Source: an uncultured Solirubrobacterales bacterium (GTDB taxonomy: Bacteria; Actinomycetota; Thermoleophilia; Solirubrobacterales; Solirubrobacteraceae). From it: a stretch of 64,000 nt of DNA. Numbering within the stretch: the stretch's first letter is position 1; every line of letters starts with the position of its first letter. The notes beneath the pieces were generated by a model that was not told the DNA's origin, made no database searches, and was given only the letters and a program-made list of their open reading frames with translations. This document shows positions 37,827-47,678 of the stretch, piece by piece. The stretch is taken from NCBI GenBank assembly GCA_963737055.1, contig CAVTRE010000005.1, positions 124,037-188,036 of the forward strand, in the 5' to 3' direction. The translations under genes were made by a program, and so were the position numbers.

Positions 37827-38513
37827 GTGGGCACCGGCGCGTTGGTCTCGACGATCCCGGACGTGATCGCCCGGATGGAGGCGATCGACGCCGCGCTCCC
37901 GCGCAAGGACGGCGTCGCGATCTTCAACCGGCTCTACCTCCAGGTCACGCTCGCGGTCGACTCGGCGAGCGCGGGCACGGAGTTCGAGAACCGGGCGTTC
38001 GTCGACCGTCTCGACGTCGTGTTCGCCGGCTCGTACTTCGATGCCGAGGCGACGATCGAATCCGGCGCCTCCTGTCCGGTCGCCTGGCGGCCGCTGTTCG
38101 AGACTCGCTCTCTGGCGCTCGAGCCCATCCAGTTCGCTCTCGCCGGCATGGCCGCTCACATCAACCACGACCTCCCGATCGTGGTCGTCGCCACCTGCGA
38201 GGAGCTGGGGTTGGCTCCGGACGACGACAGCCCCGTCCATCGTGACTACGAGCGGGTCGACGCGCTGCTGGCGGTCGTCGAGGCAAAGGTCGCCGGCTGG
38301 TTCGACACCGGCTTGATCGCCGACATCGAGGACGTCACCCCTCAGAAGACCGACGAGGCACTCGCGATGTGGTCGCTCGTGGCAGCCCGCGACGTGGCGT
38401 GGGATCACGCGAAGCTGCTCTGGGATATGCGGAACGCCGGCCTCATCCGGGATGCCTACCTCAAGGCGCTGGCACGCACGACCGAGCTCACCGCGCGGGC
38501 GATGCTGGTCTAA
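37827..38513 (+). CDS. DUF5995 family protein
   Basis: FNRLYLQVT...AGMAAHINHDLP matches my recollection of DUF5995. Confidence 0.65.
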   Translation: MGTGALVSTIPDVIARMEAIDAALPRKDGVAIFNRLYLQVTLAVDSASAGTEFENRAFVDRLDVVFAGSYFDAEATIESGASCPVAWRPLFETRSLALEPIQFALAGMAAHINHDLPIVVVATCEELGLAPDDDSPVHRDYERVDALLAVVEAKVAGWFDTGLIADIEDVTPQKTDEALAMWSLVAARDVAWDHAKLLWDMRNAGLIRDAYLKALARTTELTARAMLV

Positions 38514-39430
38514 TCGGCCGACGCGGACCAGGCGCGGGCGATCTCGGCTCCGAGCCTGCAGTTGGCGCGGACGATCTCGAGGTTGACGGCGACGCTCGTC
38601 CGGTCGGTGTGCTCGTGGATGTAGTCGAGCAGGAAAGGCGTGATGTCTTTGCCGCGTACCGAACCGACGTCGGCCGCTTCGAGCGCTTCGGCGAGCAGGC
38701 GATCGTGGACGGCGGGGTCGAGCTGTGCGGTCTCGGGCAGGGGATTCGCAACGAGGATCCCACCCGGGAGGGCCACCGCGTCCGCGGCGCGCATGATCTC
38801 GGCGATCTCGGCGGGGGTGGTGACCGAGAAGTCGACCTTGTAACCGCTGTCGGTGAGCCAGAACGCCGGGAACCGCTCGGTGCCGTAGACGAGGACGGTG
38901 ACGCTGAGCGTCTCCAAGCGCTCGAGCGTGGCGCCGATGTCGAGGATCGACTTGACGCCACCGGAGACAACCGTGATCCGGCAGCTGCCGAGGATGCCGA
39001 GATCCGCGGACTCGTCGAACGTGGCGGCGGCGTCGCGGTGGACGCCGCCGATCCCGCCCGTGGCGAATACGCGGATCCCGGCCTGCGAAGCGAGCAGCGT
39101 GGTGGCGGCGACGGTCGTTCCGCCGGTCGCGCGCTTCGCCATCGCAACAGGCAGGTCTCGGGCGCTCAGCTTCAGCGCACCGTCGGTGCCGGCGAGCCGC
39201 TCGAGAGCATCCGGCTCGAGACCGATGTGAGCGACGCCGTCGAGCATCGCGATGGTCGCGGGCACCGCGCCGTGTTCGTTCACCGTACGCTCGAACTCGA
39301 CCGCGGCCTGAACGTTCTCAGGGCGTGGCAGGCCGTGCGTGATGATCGTCGACTCGAGTGCCACCACCGGCTCGCCGCCGCGGAGCGCGGCCTCGACCTT
39401 CTCGGAGAGAACGATTCCTCGCTGTCTCAT
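38510..39430 (-). CDS. psuG: pseudouridine-5'-phosphate glycosidase
   Basis: VVALESTIITHG and GGIGGVHR motifs, 306 aa. Confidence 0.9.
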   Translation of the reverse strand: MRQRGIVLSEKVEAALRGGEPVVALESTIITHGLPRPENVQAAVEFERTVNEHGAVPATIAMLDGVAHIGLEPDALERLAGTDGALKLSARDLPVAMAKRATGGTTVAATTLLASQAGIRVFATGGIGGVHRDAAATFDESADLGILGSCRITVVSGGVKSILDIGATLERLETLSVTVLVYGTERFPAFWLTDSGYKVDFSVTTPAEIAEIMRAADAVALPGGILVANPLPETAQLDPAVHDRLLAEALEAADVGSVRGKDITPFLLDYIHEHTDRTSVAVNLEIVRANCRLGAEIARAWSASAD

Positions 39431-39450
39431 CGACGCGGGATCATGTCAGC

Positions 39451-40296
39451 ATGCACTCTGGGAGCGCGAACGCCCGGGAGCGCGGGCCGGTGTCGGTGTG
39501 CGCGATCGGCGATCTCATCCTCGATGTCATCGTGCTGCCAGACCACTCGCTCGTTCCCGACGCGGACACGCCGGCGAGGATCCGGTTTGTCGCCGGCGGT
39601 CAGGCGGCGAACGTGGCCGCGTGGGCGAGTGCTCTTGGCGCCAGGAGCCGCGTCATCTGCAAGCGGGGAACCGACTTCGCGAGCGAGCGAGCGGCCTCCG
39701 AGCTCGCGCGCCACCGGGTCGAGATATGCGGCCCAGTGGTGGAGGGCCGTGGCGGGGTCGTGGTCTCATTCCGCGACGGCCACGGCCAGCGGACGATGGC
39801 ATCGGACCGCGGCGCCGCCTCGCTGCTCGATCGGTCCGAGCTCGAGCCGGCATGGGTCCGGGAGTACGACGTGCTCCACGTGTCGGGCTACTGCCTCCTC
39901 CGCGAGCCGATGGCCGAGGCGACGATCGAGACCGCAAAGTACGCACAGCGCGTGTCCGTCGATCTGGCGTCGGCCCACGACATCGGGATCGTCGGCGCCC
40001 GGGAGTTCACCGCGCGGCTGGAAGCGCTCGCCCCTGATCTTGCGTTCGCCACCGAGGCAGAGCGGGCCGCGGTGCCCGACCTCGATGCCACCTGGGTGAT
40101 CAAGCTCGGTGCGCGGGGTGCCGTGTTCCCGGAGGGCCTGTATCCGGCCCCGTCGGTTGACGCCGTCGACACGACCGGCGCCGGCGACGCGCTCGCTGCC
40201 GGCTACCTCGTCGGCGGGCCCGAGCTCGCGATCGAAGCCGCGGCCCGAAGCGTCGGCTTGGTCGGTGCGATGCCGCCTGATCCGCTCGGCGGCTAA
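39451..40296 (+). CDS. PfkB-family carbohydrate/pseudouridine kinase
   Basis: GGQAANVA and DTTGAGDA motifs. Divergent from psuG. Confidence 0.8.
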   Translation: MHSGSANARERGPVSVCAIGDLILDVIVLPDHSLVPDADTPARIRFVAGGQAANVAAWASALGARSRVICKRGTDFASERAASELARHRVEICGPVVEGRGGVVVSFRDGHGQRTMASDRGAASLLDRSELEPAWVREYDVLHVSGYCLLREPMAEATIETAKYAQRVSVDLASAHDIGIVGAREFTARLEALAPDLAFATEAERAAVPDLDATWVIKLGARGAVFPEGLYPAPSVDAVDTTGAGDALAAGYLVGGPELAIEAAARSVGLVGAMPPDPLGG

Positions 40297-41261
40297 GCGA
40301 ATCGAGTGAACAGACGAGGATTGCTGAACAGCGCGATGCGCCCGATGCCACGCTCCGTGGTCGTGAGCACGACGATCGCGAACGGCTCGTAGACACCCGT
40401 GTCGCGGCGCACATATGCAGCCGATGCGGGTTGGCCGTTGGCCACTTCCGGCAGCATCCTCCAGGTGCCCGCCGGACCCATCACTCGGCGGATGTAGCGC
40501 ATGCAGTTCCGTTTGCCGGCGAACCAGGTCCGCGCCGGGGTCATCTCGAGGGTCGCGTCGTCGCGGAGGACCCGTTCGAGCGCCACCGGATCCGAATCCT
40601 CGAAGGCATGCATGTACTGGTCGAGCAGCTCTCGAGCGCGTGGGTCGTCGGGCTCGGTCAAGGTCTCCGGAGAGGGAGCGACGTCGTCGAGCCGGGCGCG
40701 GGCGCGCTGGAGCGCGCTCTTGACCGCCGGGGTGCTCGTGCCGAGCATCTGCGCGACCTCGGGCGCCGGGAAGGAGAGAACCTCGCGCAGAATCAACACG
40801 GCTCGCTGGCGTGGCGGCAGGTGTTGCAGGCTCGCGATCAACGCGAGTCTGACGCTCGCCCGGCTGGCGGCGATCGCCGCAGGATCGCCCGACTCGGGGC
40901 GCGTCAGCGAGTCCGGGATCGGCTCGAGCCACGCCACGTCGACGGGCGCGAGGAGCGGTTCGGCGTCGGGGTCATCGCTCGGTGCGCCAAGGCCGGACGG
41001 CAACATCCGCCGGACGGGCCGTCCGAGCGCGGTCAGGCAGACGTTGGTCGCGATCCGGTAGAGCCAGGCGCGCACGGCGGAACGATGCTCGAGCGCGTCG
41101 AACGAGCGCCACGCCCGCAGGTAGACCTCCTGAACCAGCTCCTCGGCGTCGTCGACCGAACCGAGCATCCGGTAGCAGTGCACGAACAGTTCGCGGCGAA
41201 ACGGTTCGGTCAAGCGCTCAAAGCTGTCCTCGCCCCGGACCGGGCTCGGTTGCCGCCCCAA
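40293..41261 (-). CDS. ECF sigma-70 factor with a C-terminal NTF2/SnoaL-like extension
   Basis: Region 2 (FRRELFVHCYRMLGS, YRIATNVC), region 4, and a ~130-aa extension. The TTG start lies 6 nt after GGGAGG and 3 nt from the upstream stop. Confidence 0.8.
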   Translation of the reverse strand: MGRQPSPVRGEDSFERLTEPFRRELFVHCYRMLGSVDDAEELVQEVYLRAWRSFDALEHRSAVRAWLYRIATNVCLTALGRPVRRMLPSGLGAPSDDPDAEPLLAPVDVAWLEPIPDSLTRPESGDPAAIAASRASVRLALIASLQHLPPRQRAVLILREVLSFPAPEVAQMLGTSTPAVKSALQRARARLDDVAPSPETLTEPDDPRARELLDQYMHAFEDSDPVALERVLRDDATLEMTPARTWFAGKRNCMRYIRRVMGPAGTWRMLPEVANGQPASAAYVRRDTGVYEPFAIVVLTTTERGIGRIALFSNPRLFTRFA

Positions 41262-41263
41262 GG

Positions 41264-42184
41264 TCAGCCTCCCAAGGCCACGGCGACCGCGGCGGATAGG
41301 CCGAGCTTCGGCCGGAGCCAACGCGCGAACATCGCGATTGCCTCGTCGGATTCGACTGAGCGGCCAGCGGCCATCTGGAACGTGTGCTGCTGGCCGGCGA
41401 ACACCTCTAGCTTGGTCTCGACGCCGGCTCCGATCGCGCGCTCGGCGAGCGCTCGGCTGTCATCGAGAAGGGTCTCATCGCCTCCGACCTGGATGAACAG
41501 CGGCGCGAGGCCATGGAGATCGGCTTGGATCGGGCTGGCGAGGGGATCGGTGGGATCGCCTTCGGTGCCCAGAAACGTGGCGGCCAGCCCGTCGACTACT
41601 TCCTTGTAGAAGAACGTCTCGGTTGCCCAGTTGGACCGGTACGACTCGCCCGCCTGCTCCATGTCCACCCATGGGGACATCAGCAGCGCCGCGGCTGGGA
41701 GCCGCAGTCCGCGCTCACGGGCGCGGAGCTGGACGCTCATCGCGAGCCCGCCGCCGGAGGAGTCGCCCGCGAACGCGACGTGCCCTGGGTCGATCTCGTG
41801 TTCTTCGATGAGCCACTGATAGACGTCCGTCGCATCGTCGACCTGCGCTGGGTGGATGTGCTCGGGCGCCAGCCGGTAGTCGAACAGAAGGGCTCGTACG
41901 CCGACGGCCTTCGCGACGTGCGCGAACAACTTTCGGTGTGTGTAGATCGAGCCGCCGACGAAGCCGCCGCCGTGCATGCACAGGAGCGTGCGATCGTCGT
42001 CGCAGCCCTTCGGCACGGCCCACATCGCCGACAGGCCGGCGGCGTCGAGTTCGACGTAGTCGACTCCGCGCGGCTCAGCGGTCACGTCCCCCCATGCCTC
42101 CAGATCGGAAGGCGTGCCCTTGATCCGGTTTGCCGTCCACTCCAGATACATGTCCCTGACGATGTCGGTGCTGTTCTGGGTCAT
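41264..42184 (-). CDS. alpha/beta hydrolase, HSL-type esterase/lipase
   Basis: HGGGF oxyanion motif and GDSSGG nucleophile elbow. Confidence 0.85.
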   Translation of the reverse strand: MTQNSTDIVRDMYLEWTANRIKGTPSDLEAWGDVTAEPRGVDYVELDAAGLSAMWAVPKGCDDDRTLLCMHGGGFVGGSIYTHRKLFAHVAKAVGVRALLFDYRLAPEHIHPAQVDDATDVYQWLIEEHEIDPGHVAFAGDSSGGGLAMSVQLRARERGLRLPAAALLMSPWVDMEQAGESYRSNWATETFFYKEVVDGLAATFLGTEGDPTDPLASPIQADLHGLAPLFIQVGGDETLLDDSRALAERAIGAGVETKLEVFAGQQHTFQMAAGRSVESDEAIAMFARWLRPKLGLSAAVAVALGG

Positions 42185-42369
42185 CTGTCTCCCTTTCGCC
42201 TGATTGTCTACCGACCGCCCCGAGTTGGGCGCTCATAGATCAAGACCAAGCGGGCGGCGGGAAGGAATCGCTCGCCGTGGCTGTTTGGGCTGGCGGGGCA
42301 GGAAGCTCGCCTCGCGAACGGTCTGCCCTGGCCGATGATCGTCTTGGTCGCTGGCTACCATGCGCCGCC

Positions 42370-43665
42370 ATGCCGAGTCCCGGTTTTCGTCGGGGACTCG
42401 TCGCCGTGGCGGGCCTACTGTTTGCGATAGGGGTCGCGGTGGTGGTCCTTGTCGTACTCAGCTCTGGAAGTGCTCGCCACGCCCCGCCCGTAGTGCCGGC
42501 TGCCGCGCCTCCGCCTCCGCCCCCGCCCCCACCGCCACCACCGCCGAAGCCCAAGCCGAAACCCCGCCCGGCTCCCACCGACGACCCCTGGCCGCTGTAC
42601 GGCTACAACCTGGCGCGCACGCGCGCATTTCCGAATGGGGCGAAGCTCGATCCGCCGCTGCACGTCGGATGGAGCTTCCACGACGGTGCGCTGCTCGAGT
42701 TCCCCCCGGTGATCGACGACAACACGCTCTACTTCGAAGATGCCAATGGTTGGGCGAGCGCGCTCAGCTCCACCAACGGTCACTTGATTTGGCACCGGAG
42801 GATCGGAACCCTGGCCGCCGCGTCGCCGGCGCTCGACCTGCGGCACAAGATCGCGTTCTTCGTGCTGCTGTCGAACAGCCCCGGATCCCACGTGCCGGGC
42901 AACGGCTCGATCGTGGCGCTGTCGATGAAGACCGGCAAGGTCATCTGGTCGCACTCGCTGGGTTCGGGCAGCGAGTCATCGCCGGTGGTGCATGGCCTCA
43001 GTGTGTTCATGGGCGACCAGGGCGGCACCGTGTACTCGTTCCGGACCTACGATGGGCATCTCAACTGGGCCTTCCAGGCGAGCGGCTCCGTCAAGGGCGG
43101 TCCAGCGTTTGCGCACAACACGATCTACTTCGGGGACTACGGCGACCATGTCTACGCGGTCGACGCCGCCAACGGGAGGGAGATCTGGTCGGCGGGTGGT
43201 GGCGGCAGCTTCTACTCGACGCCGGCAGTCGCGTTCGGGCGGGTGTACATCGGCTCGACGAGCGGCACGGTGTACGCGTTCTGGGCCACCTCGGGGGCGA
43301 CGGCGTGGTCGGCGGGGACTGGGGCGTACGTCTACGCATCGCCCGCCGTGGCCGACATCCCGGGGCTCGGGCCGACCGTGTACATCGGCTCCTACGACGG
43401 CCACGTCTACGCCTACGACGCCAACAGTGGCGGCTTGCGCTGGAGCCACGCCGCCGGCGGACGGATCGACGGGTCAGCGACCGTCGTGGGCAACGTCGTC
43501 TACTACTCGGACCTGGGCTCGAACAACAGTACGGGCCTCGACGTGCGGTCCGGCCGGCAGGTGTTCGGATTTCCCGACGGCGAGTTCACCCCTGTGATCA
43601 CCGACGGCAAGGTCGTCTTCCTGATCGGCTACTCGACGATCTATCAGATGGTTCCCAACCGCTGA
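42370..43665 (+). CDS. membrane-anchored PQQ-like beta-propeller repeat protein
   Basis: A TM helix, then a poly-Pro/Lys linker, then repeated 'G.VYA.DA..G...W' blades. ATG at 42370 is preferred. Confidence 0.8.
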   Translation: MPSPGFRRGLVAVAGLLFAIGVAVVVLVVLSSGSARHAPPVVPAAAPPPPPPPPPPPPPKPKPKPRPAPTDDPWPLYGYNLARTRAFPNGAKLDPPLHVGWSFHDGALLEFPPVIDDNTLYFEDANGWASALSSTNGHLIWHRRIGTLAAASPALDLRHKIAFFVLLSNSPGSHVPGNGSIVALSMKTGKVIWSHSLGSGSESSPVVHGLSVFMGDQGGTVYSFRTYDGHLNWAFQASGSVKGGPAFAHNTIYFGDYGDHVYAVDAANGREIWSAGGGGSFYSTPAVAFGRVYIGSTSGTVYAFWATSGATAWSAGTGAYVYASPAVADIPGLGPTVYIGSYDGHVYAYDANSGGLRWSHAAGGRIDGSATVVGNVVYYSDLGSNNSTGLDVRSGRQVFGFPDGEFTPVITDGKVVFLIGYSTIYQMVPNR

Positions 43666-43675
43666 CGCTTCGCGA

Positions 43676-44431
43676 CTACGGATCGGATCGGGTGGCTCGG
43701 TCGAAAATCTCGGCGGCCGCCTCGTGAAAACCAGACGGCAGTCCCGCCGCACCGTACGTCGCCGCGATCTCTTCCATCTCTCCGACCCACCGCCACCCCT
43801 TGGCGGTAGCCGAGTCTGAGGCGGCCTGCCAGCGATCCTCGAGCTTCGGTTGCGAGCGTCTCCACTCGGCTCTGAGTGCGTCCTCGACTCCCGTGGCGCG
43901 GGCGCTGGCAAGCGCGGACAGAAGCAGCGCAGCGGAGCCCTTGGTCCACGCTGCGTAGGCCATCTTCAGCGCTGATGCCGCAACCGGCGAGTCGTCGAGT
44001 ACGACCGGCTCGAGACGGCTGTCCTCGAACAGTCGAGCCGCCTCGGGTGCGCGATCGCCGGACAGGTACAGGCGTGTCGTTCCCGCTCGAGTTGGCGGCG
44101 GACCGACGATGCCGCCGTCGACCCAGCGGCCGTCGAGCAGCTCCCCGATGCGCGCGGCGGTCATCGGCGACACCGCGTTGGCGTCGATCACGAGCGCCGG
44201 CGTGTCTGGCACCGAGCGCGCCACGTCGACCGCGGCGTGGGGAGGGACGACCGACAGGATGACCTCGGCGTCCTCGAGGTTGTCGCCGCGAGTCAAGCCC
44301 GCGGCCGCGGCCCGCCGCGCAGATTCCTCACTCCGTCCTCGCGGGAGCCACAGCACTTCGTGGCCGCGCTGAACGAGCAGCGCGCCGATCGCCGCGCCCA
44401 TCTCACCGGGGTGGAGTAGGCCGACGCGCAC
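43676..44431 (-). CDS. NAD(P)-binding oxidoreductase (6PGDH-N-like, DUF1932 C-terminus)
   Basis: N-terminal Rossmann fold (GLLHPGEMGAAIG), 251 aa. Confidence 0.7.
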   Translation of the reverse strand: MRVGLLHPGEMGAAIGALLVQRGHEVLWLPRGRSEESARRAAAAGLTRGDNLEDAEVILSVVPPHAAVDVARSVPDTPALVIDANAVSPMTAARIGELLDGRWVDGGIVGPPPTRAGTTRLYLSGDRAPEAARLFEDSRLEPVVLDDSPVAASALKMAYAAWTKGSAALLLSALASARATGVEDALRAEWRRSQPKLEDRWQAASDSATAKGWRWVGEMEEIAATYGAAGLPSGFHEAAAEIFDRATRSDP

Positions 44432-44460
44432 CGCTCAATGATTCCAAAGGGCCGCGTGGG

Positions 44461-44835
44461 CTATGTGCCGGTTGCGAGCGGCGCGCCGCCAAATCCGAGT
44501 TCGTTGCCGTCGGGGTCACGGTAAAGCGTCTTGCGGACCCCGTTGGAGAGCGTTTGTTGTTCGGCTGGGTCGAGGCCGCGGGCGGCGATCGCGGCGACGT
44601 ATCCGTCCAGGTCGTCGACGAAGAACGTCACGACCGAGTGGCCCGCACCGTCGGCGTCCTCGACGACATACACCGATCGGTCTTCGGCGAGCATCCATAC
44701 CGCCTCGGTGTCATGCGGAAAGAACGTCGGTTCTCCAAGGAGCCGCTCGTACCACGGCCGGGCGGCTTGGAAGTCGCGGACGCGAAGACCGGCGAAGAGA
44801 TGGAGCGACACAGTCGCCGAGTCTAGGCACTGCAC
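44461..44835 (-). CDS. VOC/glyoxalase family protein
   Basis: VRDFQAARPWYERLLG...YRDPDGNE. An alternative GTG start lies at 44811. Confidence 0.8.
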   Translation of the reverse strand: MQCLDSATVSLHLFAGLRVRDFQAARPWYERLLGEPTFFPHDTEAVWMLAEDRSVYVVEDADGAGHSVVTFFVDDLDGYVAAIAARGLDPAEQQTLSNGVRKTLYRDPDGNELGFGGAPLATGT

Positions 44836-45150
44836 TCACTCGTAGTTCGTGAACGGCTCGGTCTCGAACCGGCTGCCCTTCTCGCGATCCTGGAACACAT
44901 GCGTGATCCGAACCGCGGGGGGAACCCGCTCGACACGACTCTCAAGCAGTTCCAAGTTTGGATTGTCACCTAATCCGAGGTCGTTCAGCCGCTCGGCCTC
45001 GGCCCTACACACATCACCCGGCGTGGGATTGCTCTCGGGGTAAACGTCCGTGTGGTGATGCACGAGGGCCTCCCAGTGCTCGTCGCCGGCTCGTTCGATC
45101 GACTCTCGGATGTCTTCTCGATTGAATGCGATGGTGCACCGCCTAGTCAC
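44836..45150 (-). CDS. hypothetical acidic cytoplasmic protein (104 aa)
   Basis: The GTG overlaps the upstream stop (GTGA). No family recognised. Confidence 0.5.
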   Translation of the reverse strand: MTRRCTIAFNREDIRESIERAGDEHWEALVHHHTDVYPESNPTPGDVCRAEAERLNDLGLGDNPNLELLESRVERVPPAVRITHVFQDREKGSRFETEPFTNYE

Positions 45151-45605
45151 GGTTCGGGATGGCCATCCATGTAGTAGGTCCCCGTGCACGCGTTGATGTA
45201 GTTGCCGGACGAGAACTTCTGCCCATGCCGGGGGAAGTACCACTCGATCGCGTTGTAAGCGGACCGGCCGTGACAACGGCCAAGCTGGAACAGCGCAACG
45301 CGCGCGCCGGCTTCGAATTTGCCCTGAGCGACGAATTGATGGGGTCCAACCCAAAGGGCGGTTCCAGTTCCGGTCGCGCGGCGGCCGCCCCAGGAGTTCC
45401 AGTGGATCGCCTTGACCAGCCCGGTGGGATCGCCGCCGTTGAAGATAGTGGTTGGCTTCACGTGCCCGTACCCCTCCTGGCCGGGAGCCCACGGACCCGC
45501 GAGCACGGACGTGTGGCCCGCCGCAGACGCCTCTGCACCGATACCCAGAACCACGGCAGTCGCTATCGACATTACCGCGATTTTGCGCCTCACACCAGTT
45601 CGCAT
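45147..45605 (-). CDS. secreted hypothetical protein (152 aa)
   Basis: ATG at 45605 after GGAGG. Signal peptide (RRKIAVMSIATAVVLGIGAEASA). Confidence 0.65.
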   Translation of the reverse strand: MRTGVRRKIAVMSIATAVVLGIGAEASAAGHTSVLAGPWAPGQEGYGHVKPTTIFNGGDPTGLVKAIHWNSWGGRRATGTGTALWVGPHQFVAQGKFEAGARVALFQLGRCHGRSAYNAIEWYFPRHGQKFSSGNYINACTGTYYMDGHPEP

Positions 45606-45692
45606 TTCTCCGCCTCCGTCGCAGTCCAGTCGGCCTGTCGACTGAAAACCTACCGCCGGGGGCAAACGGGCGCGCGTTCTTACGGCACGACT

Positions 45693-45968
45693 TTACGGCA
45701 CGGCTTGGATCGTGTCTCCGACCGGACGCAGCGGTGAGCTCGACGCGTCGTTGAGCAACTGGCTTTCGGACGCGAACTGGGTCGAGCCTCCGCCGTCGAG
45801 GTTCGTCGCGTCGACCGCGCCGATGGAGCGCATCACTTCAGCCTCCTCGGTGAGCGTCAGACCTGCGCTGACGCCGGGGATTCCGTCGGCGGTGGCAAGG
45901 ATCAGCCGGCCGCGCAGGCGAATCGCGACGGGCATCCCGCCCGGTTTCGTCGGCCGCCGGAACGGGGA
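45693..45968 (-). pseudogene. C-terminal remnant of a phosphodiester glycosidase (DUF2233) family gene
   Basis: LILATADG...MRSIGAVDATNLDGGGS...RPVGD matches the C-terminal ~90 aa of that family. The N-terminal part is absent and is replaced by the DUF3224 gene on the other strand. Confidence 0.55.
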
Positions 45969-46012
45969 GTATGTGTGTAGCATGCACATATACGAATGAA
46001 AGGTGGTTTGCG

Positions 46013-46411
46013 ATGCCATCGATCAAGGGCAGCTTTCAACTCTCGTCGTGGGACGAGAATGCATATGACGAGCGCGACGGGCATCGGCTGACCCGCGCGT
46101 CGGTCAGCCAGCGGTTCGAGGGCGACATCGCCGGTGATGGGGCCGCGGAATGGCTGATGGCCTATCAAGCGGACGGCCGCGCCCGATTCGTCGGGTTCCA
46201 AGTCGTCGACGGAGAGGTCGCCGGGCGGCACGGCACGCTTGTGCTCGAGACCGCGGGCGAGTTCGACGGACGGGTAGCACGATGGGACGCGACGGTCGTT
46301 CCGGGTTCGTCCACTGGCGAACTGAAGGACGCGAAGGGCGCGGGTAAATTCGAGGCCCCGCACGGCTCCACGGCTGCCTATGAGCTCGAGATCTCGCTCT
46401 CGGTCCGCTGA
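46013..46411 (+). CDS. DUF3224 domain-containing protein
   Basis: ATG at 46013 after GAAAGGTGG. IKGSFQLSSWDE...G.G.F is typical of DUF3224. Confidence 0.7.
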   Translation: MPSIKGSFQLSSWDENAYDERDGHRLTRASVSQRFEGDIAGDGAAEWLMAYQADGRARFVGFQVVDGEVAGRHGTLVLETAGEFDGRVARWDATVVPGSSTGELKDAKGAGKFEAPHGSTAAYELEISLSVR

Positions 46412-47066
46412 CCCGTCGATCGCCCGGCTCACGAACCTGGTCGCGGCGTGGTCGCTCGCCGTGGCCGACCGTGTAACCGCGGCTGCCGATACGGCGGCGG
46501 GGCGCGGCGGGCAGGCCCCCGCCGCGCTCGTGGCCCTGCACGAGTTCGCCGCCGGGAGCACAATCGACCAGCTCCGACAAGTCCTCGGAATCAGTCACTC
46601 AACGACCGTCCGGCTGATCGACGGTCTCGTCGCCGACGGGCATGTGAGTCGCACCCCCCATACCGACGACCGCCGCTCCGTCGCCTTGACGCTGACTCCG
46701 GCGGGCCGGCGAACAGCGCGCAGGATTCTGGCAGGCCGCCGCGAGGCCGTACAAGGCACGCTGGAAGGACTATCCGAGCAAGAGCGGCGGTCGCTGATGG
46801 ACCTGGCCGAAGCGCTCACCGAACAGATTGTGGATCTGAAGCTCGACGAGCGCACTCGCGGAAACGATCCTACGAGCGGCTGGCTGTGCCGCCTATGCGA
46901 CTTTCAAGCGTGCGGACGTCCGGATGGCCTGTGCCCGGCGGCAGCACGGGTGCGCGCCCGGACCAAACCGCCGATCGCCTCTGCACCTACTGCCTTTACG
47001 AAGCACCCTCTGCGGAGGCAGCCGCCAAGCGAGCAAATATCCCCGCGGACGCCATCGTCGAAGTAG
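46380..47066 (+). CDS. MarR family transcriptional regulator with a C-terminal Cys cluster
   Basis: wHTH (TIDQLRQVLGISHSTTVRLIDGLVADGHV, DRRSVALTLT). CxxC-x4-C-x6-C at 46887-46934. The start is uncertain and overlaps the DUF3224 gene by 32 bp. Confidence 0.75.
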   Translation: MSSRSRSRSADPSIARLTNLVAAWSLAVADRVTAAADTAAGRGGQAPAALVALHEFAAGSTIDQLRQVLGISHSTTVRLIDGLVADGHVSRTPHTDDRRSVALTLTPAGRRTARRILAGRREAVQGTLEGLSEQERRSLMDLAEALTEQIVDLKLDERTRGNDPTSGWLCRLCDFQACGRPDGLCPAAARVRARTKPPIASAPTAFTKHPLRRQPPSEQISPRTPSSK

Positions 47067-47319
47067 AGCTCGGCGCCCCAGGTCGCCCACACGAGTGGGC
47101 GGCCGCACAGGCAGGCCCCACCGATAGCCCAGATTGGGCATCACGCGACCAGCAGAGCCGGGCGGCTGCCAGGCTGCGCGCTTGGCGGCTGCGGCCCCGG
47201 CGTCCGATCCGGCGCCGCACGATCGCTGCGTGTTTCCCGGCGGGAACGTTGCCCGCGACCGCTGCCCGGTCGGGGCAAGAGGACTTGATTACACACTAGA
47301 AGTGTCCGGTTTGCAGGCA

Positions 47320-47397
<78 letters not shown>

Positions 47398-47550
47398 GCC
47401 CCCGGAGGGGGTGGCTAAGTATCGCAGGAGGCAATCGGTCGAGGTTGGTCGGGGCCAGCGCAACTTTCGGGCCGCCCGCGAGTTTCATCGTCGGAATCGA
47501 TCTCCGGAGGACGCGCCCAACCCGGCCGTGGGTGCGTTAGTTGGGATCAG

Positions 47551-47578
47551 CGACGGGGACCCGCAAGGGTCCCCGTCG
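47551..47578. terminator. 12-bp stem / GCAA tetraloop hairpin between the TetR gene and tRNA-Asp
   Basis: CGACGGGGACCC-gcaa-GGGTCCCCGTCG, read directly. No U-tract. Confidence 0.4.
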
Positions 47579-47678
47579 GACTTTAACGGCCCGCGCGCCG
47601 GGTCAGGACGGGCCCGGAGGGCCCAGGGACGCCGAGCGAAGCGAGGCCCAAGCTAACCGGCTGATGCGAAAGCCGAAG

